Source: Squalus acanthias | Lineage: Eukaryota | Assembly: GCA_030390025.1 (NCBI GenBank) | Contig: JASTWF010000034.1 | Location: forward strand, 3,472,001-3,536,000 | DNA length: 64,000 nucleotides | Direction: 5' to 3' | Shown: piece by piece, positions 62,411-64,000 of the stretch | Position numbering within the stretch: the first letter of the stretch is position 1 | Layout of the letters: each line of letters opens with the position of its first letter | Made by a program: the position numbers and the translations under genes | Notes under the pieces: generated by a model | Database searches by the model: none | What the model was told of the DNA's origin: nothing | The model's input: the letters and a program-made list of their open reading frames with translations, nothing else

Positions 62411-62604
62411 TGTGTGTAAAGTAAGAACCAATTCCTACAGAGTGAAAAGTTAGGAAAAGCAAAGGCGAAGCAAGGGAGCTCTTCTTTTCACTCCTTACCT
62501 ACCTAACTCCCTCACTCACCCAACTCACAGCACTCTGTTCAAACCGCTGTTAGTGCAGATCGCACTGCGAAGCCTGTTTTTATAGGCCAAATTTCCCAAA
62601 CGAA

Positions 62605-62703
62605 TCTTGAGCCGCTGCAGTCCGTGTGGTGAAGGTGCTCCCACAATAGACTTATGGAAGGAATTTCATGCGTTTGACCCAGTAACGATGAAGGAACGGC
62701 GAC
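62605..62703 (-). mobile_element. HER1-like LINE 3' fragment
   Basis: Similar to 41370-41472. Confidence 0.75.
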
Positions 62704-62712
62704 AAGTTTGAA

Positions 62713-63120
62713 GGGTGCGGTAGCATAGTGGTTGTGCTGCTGGACTAGTAAACCAGATTCCTGGACAAATAATCCAGTAGTTTAAATCCCACCAGCTGGA
62801 GAATTCCAATTCAATTAATTAAACAAATCTGGAATAGAAAGCTTGTGTCAATAATGGTGACCATGAAAGTACCGGATTGTCATAAAAACCCATCTGCTTC
62901 ACTAATGACCTTCAGGGAAGGAAATCTGCCGCCCTTACCTGGGCTGGCTGAAATGTGACTCCAGTAACACTGCAATATGATTGACACTTAACTGGTCTCT
63001 GAAATGGCCCAGCAAGACACTTGCTTGTTTCAGGCGAATCACCACCACCTTCTCAAAGGCAATTAGGGATGGGCAATAAATGGTGGCTTTGCCAGCGACA
63101 CCCACATCACAAGAATGAAT
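62713..63120 (+). mobile_element. HE1-like tRNA-derived SINE
   Basis: A-box-like GGTAGCATAGTGG head; 3' end GGCAATTAGGGATGGGCAATAAATG..CACATCACAAGAATGAAT shared with the HER1-like LINE. Confidence 0.82.
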
Positions 63121-63384
63121 TGTAAAAATGATTTATTAAGTGTCATAATGATTTAAAAAGGGTTATAAAAGATCTGTAAAGTGCTGTAATGATTTTAAAG
63201 CATTATAAAGGGTTATAATAATTAATAAAGTCCTGGTGCCGGGCCTCCTCCTCCCTGGGCTGGGCTGCTCGGGCTCCTGTGGGCCGGGCTGCCCCGCCTC
63301 GCCACACGGTCTCACAGTAACCGGGCCTCTAGCTGCCGTCCTCCGGAAACTCGACTCCCGCCGGCAGGGAAATGCCCCGAGTGA

Positions 63385-64000
63385 CAGCCGCCATTTTTAT
63401 GTGGATACCCAGAGCCGCCATCATTGTGCGGCGCTCCAGCACCGCCATCGTTGTGCGGATACCCAGAGCCGCCATCTTCGTGTGGGGCCCCAGAGCCACC
63501 ATCTTTGTGTGGGGCTCCAGAGCCACCCTCTTTGTGCGGGGCCCATAGAGCCGCGATCGTTGTGCGGGCCGCGGGTTCCACAATTTTTGTGCAGGCCCCA
63601 GAGCCGCCATCTTTGTGCTGGGCGAGGGCGCTGCCATCTTTGGGTGGGGCCCTAGGGCCGCGATCTTTGTGCATAGTCCCAGAGCCGCCATCTTTGTGTT
63701 GGGCGTTGGGGGGTGCCAGAGTCGCCATTATTGTGCGGGGCCCCAGCACTGCCATCTTTGTGCGGATTCCCAGCACCAAACATTATTGTGCGGGGCCCCC
63801 AGAGCCGCGATCGTTGTGCGATGCCACAGAGCCGCCATCATTGTACGGGGCGCTGGAGCCGCCATCTTTGTGTTTTGCCCCAGTGCGGCCATCTTTGTGC
63901 TGGGCCTTAGTGGGGGCCGGAGTCGCCATCGTTTTGCTGGTCCCCAGAGCCGCCATCTTTGTGCATGTCTCAGAGCCGCCATCTTTGCGCTGGGCGAAGG
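63385..64000. repeat. GC-rich 27-bp tandem array, unit ~CCCCAGAGCCGCCATCTTTGTGCGGGG (runs off the window end)
   Basis: 9-aa periodic ORFs (GAPHKDGGS); most units carry GCCGCCATCTT or a variant; adjoins CpG-rich 63235-63390. Confidence 0.9.

Noticed and set aside
63236..63982. Repetitive proteins in several frames
   Set aside because: Produced by the 27-bp GC-rich tandem repeat, which is open on both strands.

Overview
Eukaryotic, repeat-saturated vertebrate DNA, most likely a cartilaginous fish (inferred from HE1/HER1-type SINE/LINE tails, a DeuSINE, shark-type CR1 LINEs and a GPR139-like exon). Bases 1-21010 are a 51/52-bp AT-rich satellite with higher-order repeats. It is interrupted by a near full-length CR1 LINE, an internally deleted Ty3/gypsy element (tRNA-Trp PBS) and a Harbinger-like MITE. 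The satellite ends abruptly at the LTR of an env-less, retrovirus-like element (21011-32879, minus; tRNA-Pro PBS, CCHC gag, PR-RT-tether-RNase H-IN) that carries two CR1 insertions. Two more decayed retrovirus-like elements follow, then a patchwork of CR1, HER1, L2, RTE, Penelope-like pieces (with hammerhead ribozyme motifs), SINEs and minisatellites. The only host-gene signal is a candidate first coding exon of a GPR139/GPR142-like GPCR (45734-45914). A GC-rich 27-bp array of YY1-type motifs closes the window. No intact transposon ORF set, CRISPR array or tRNA/rRNA gene was found. Identities are by-eye estimates and family names come from motif recognition, not database searches.
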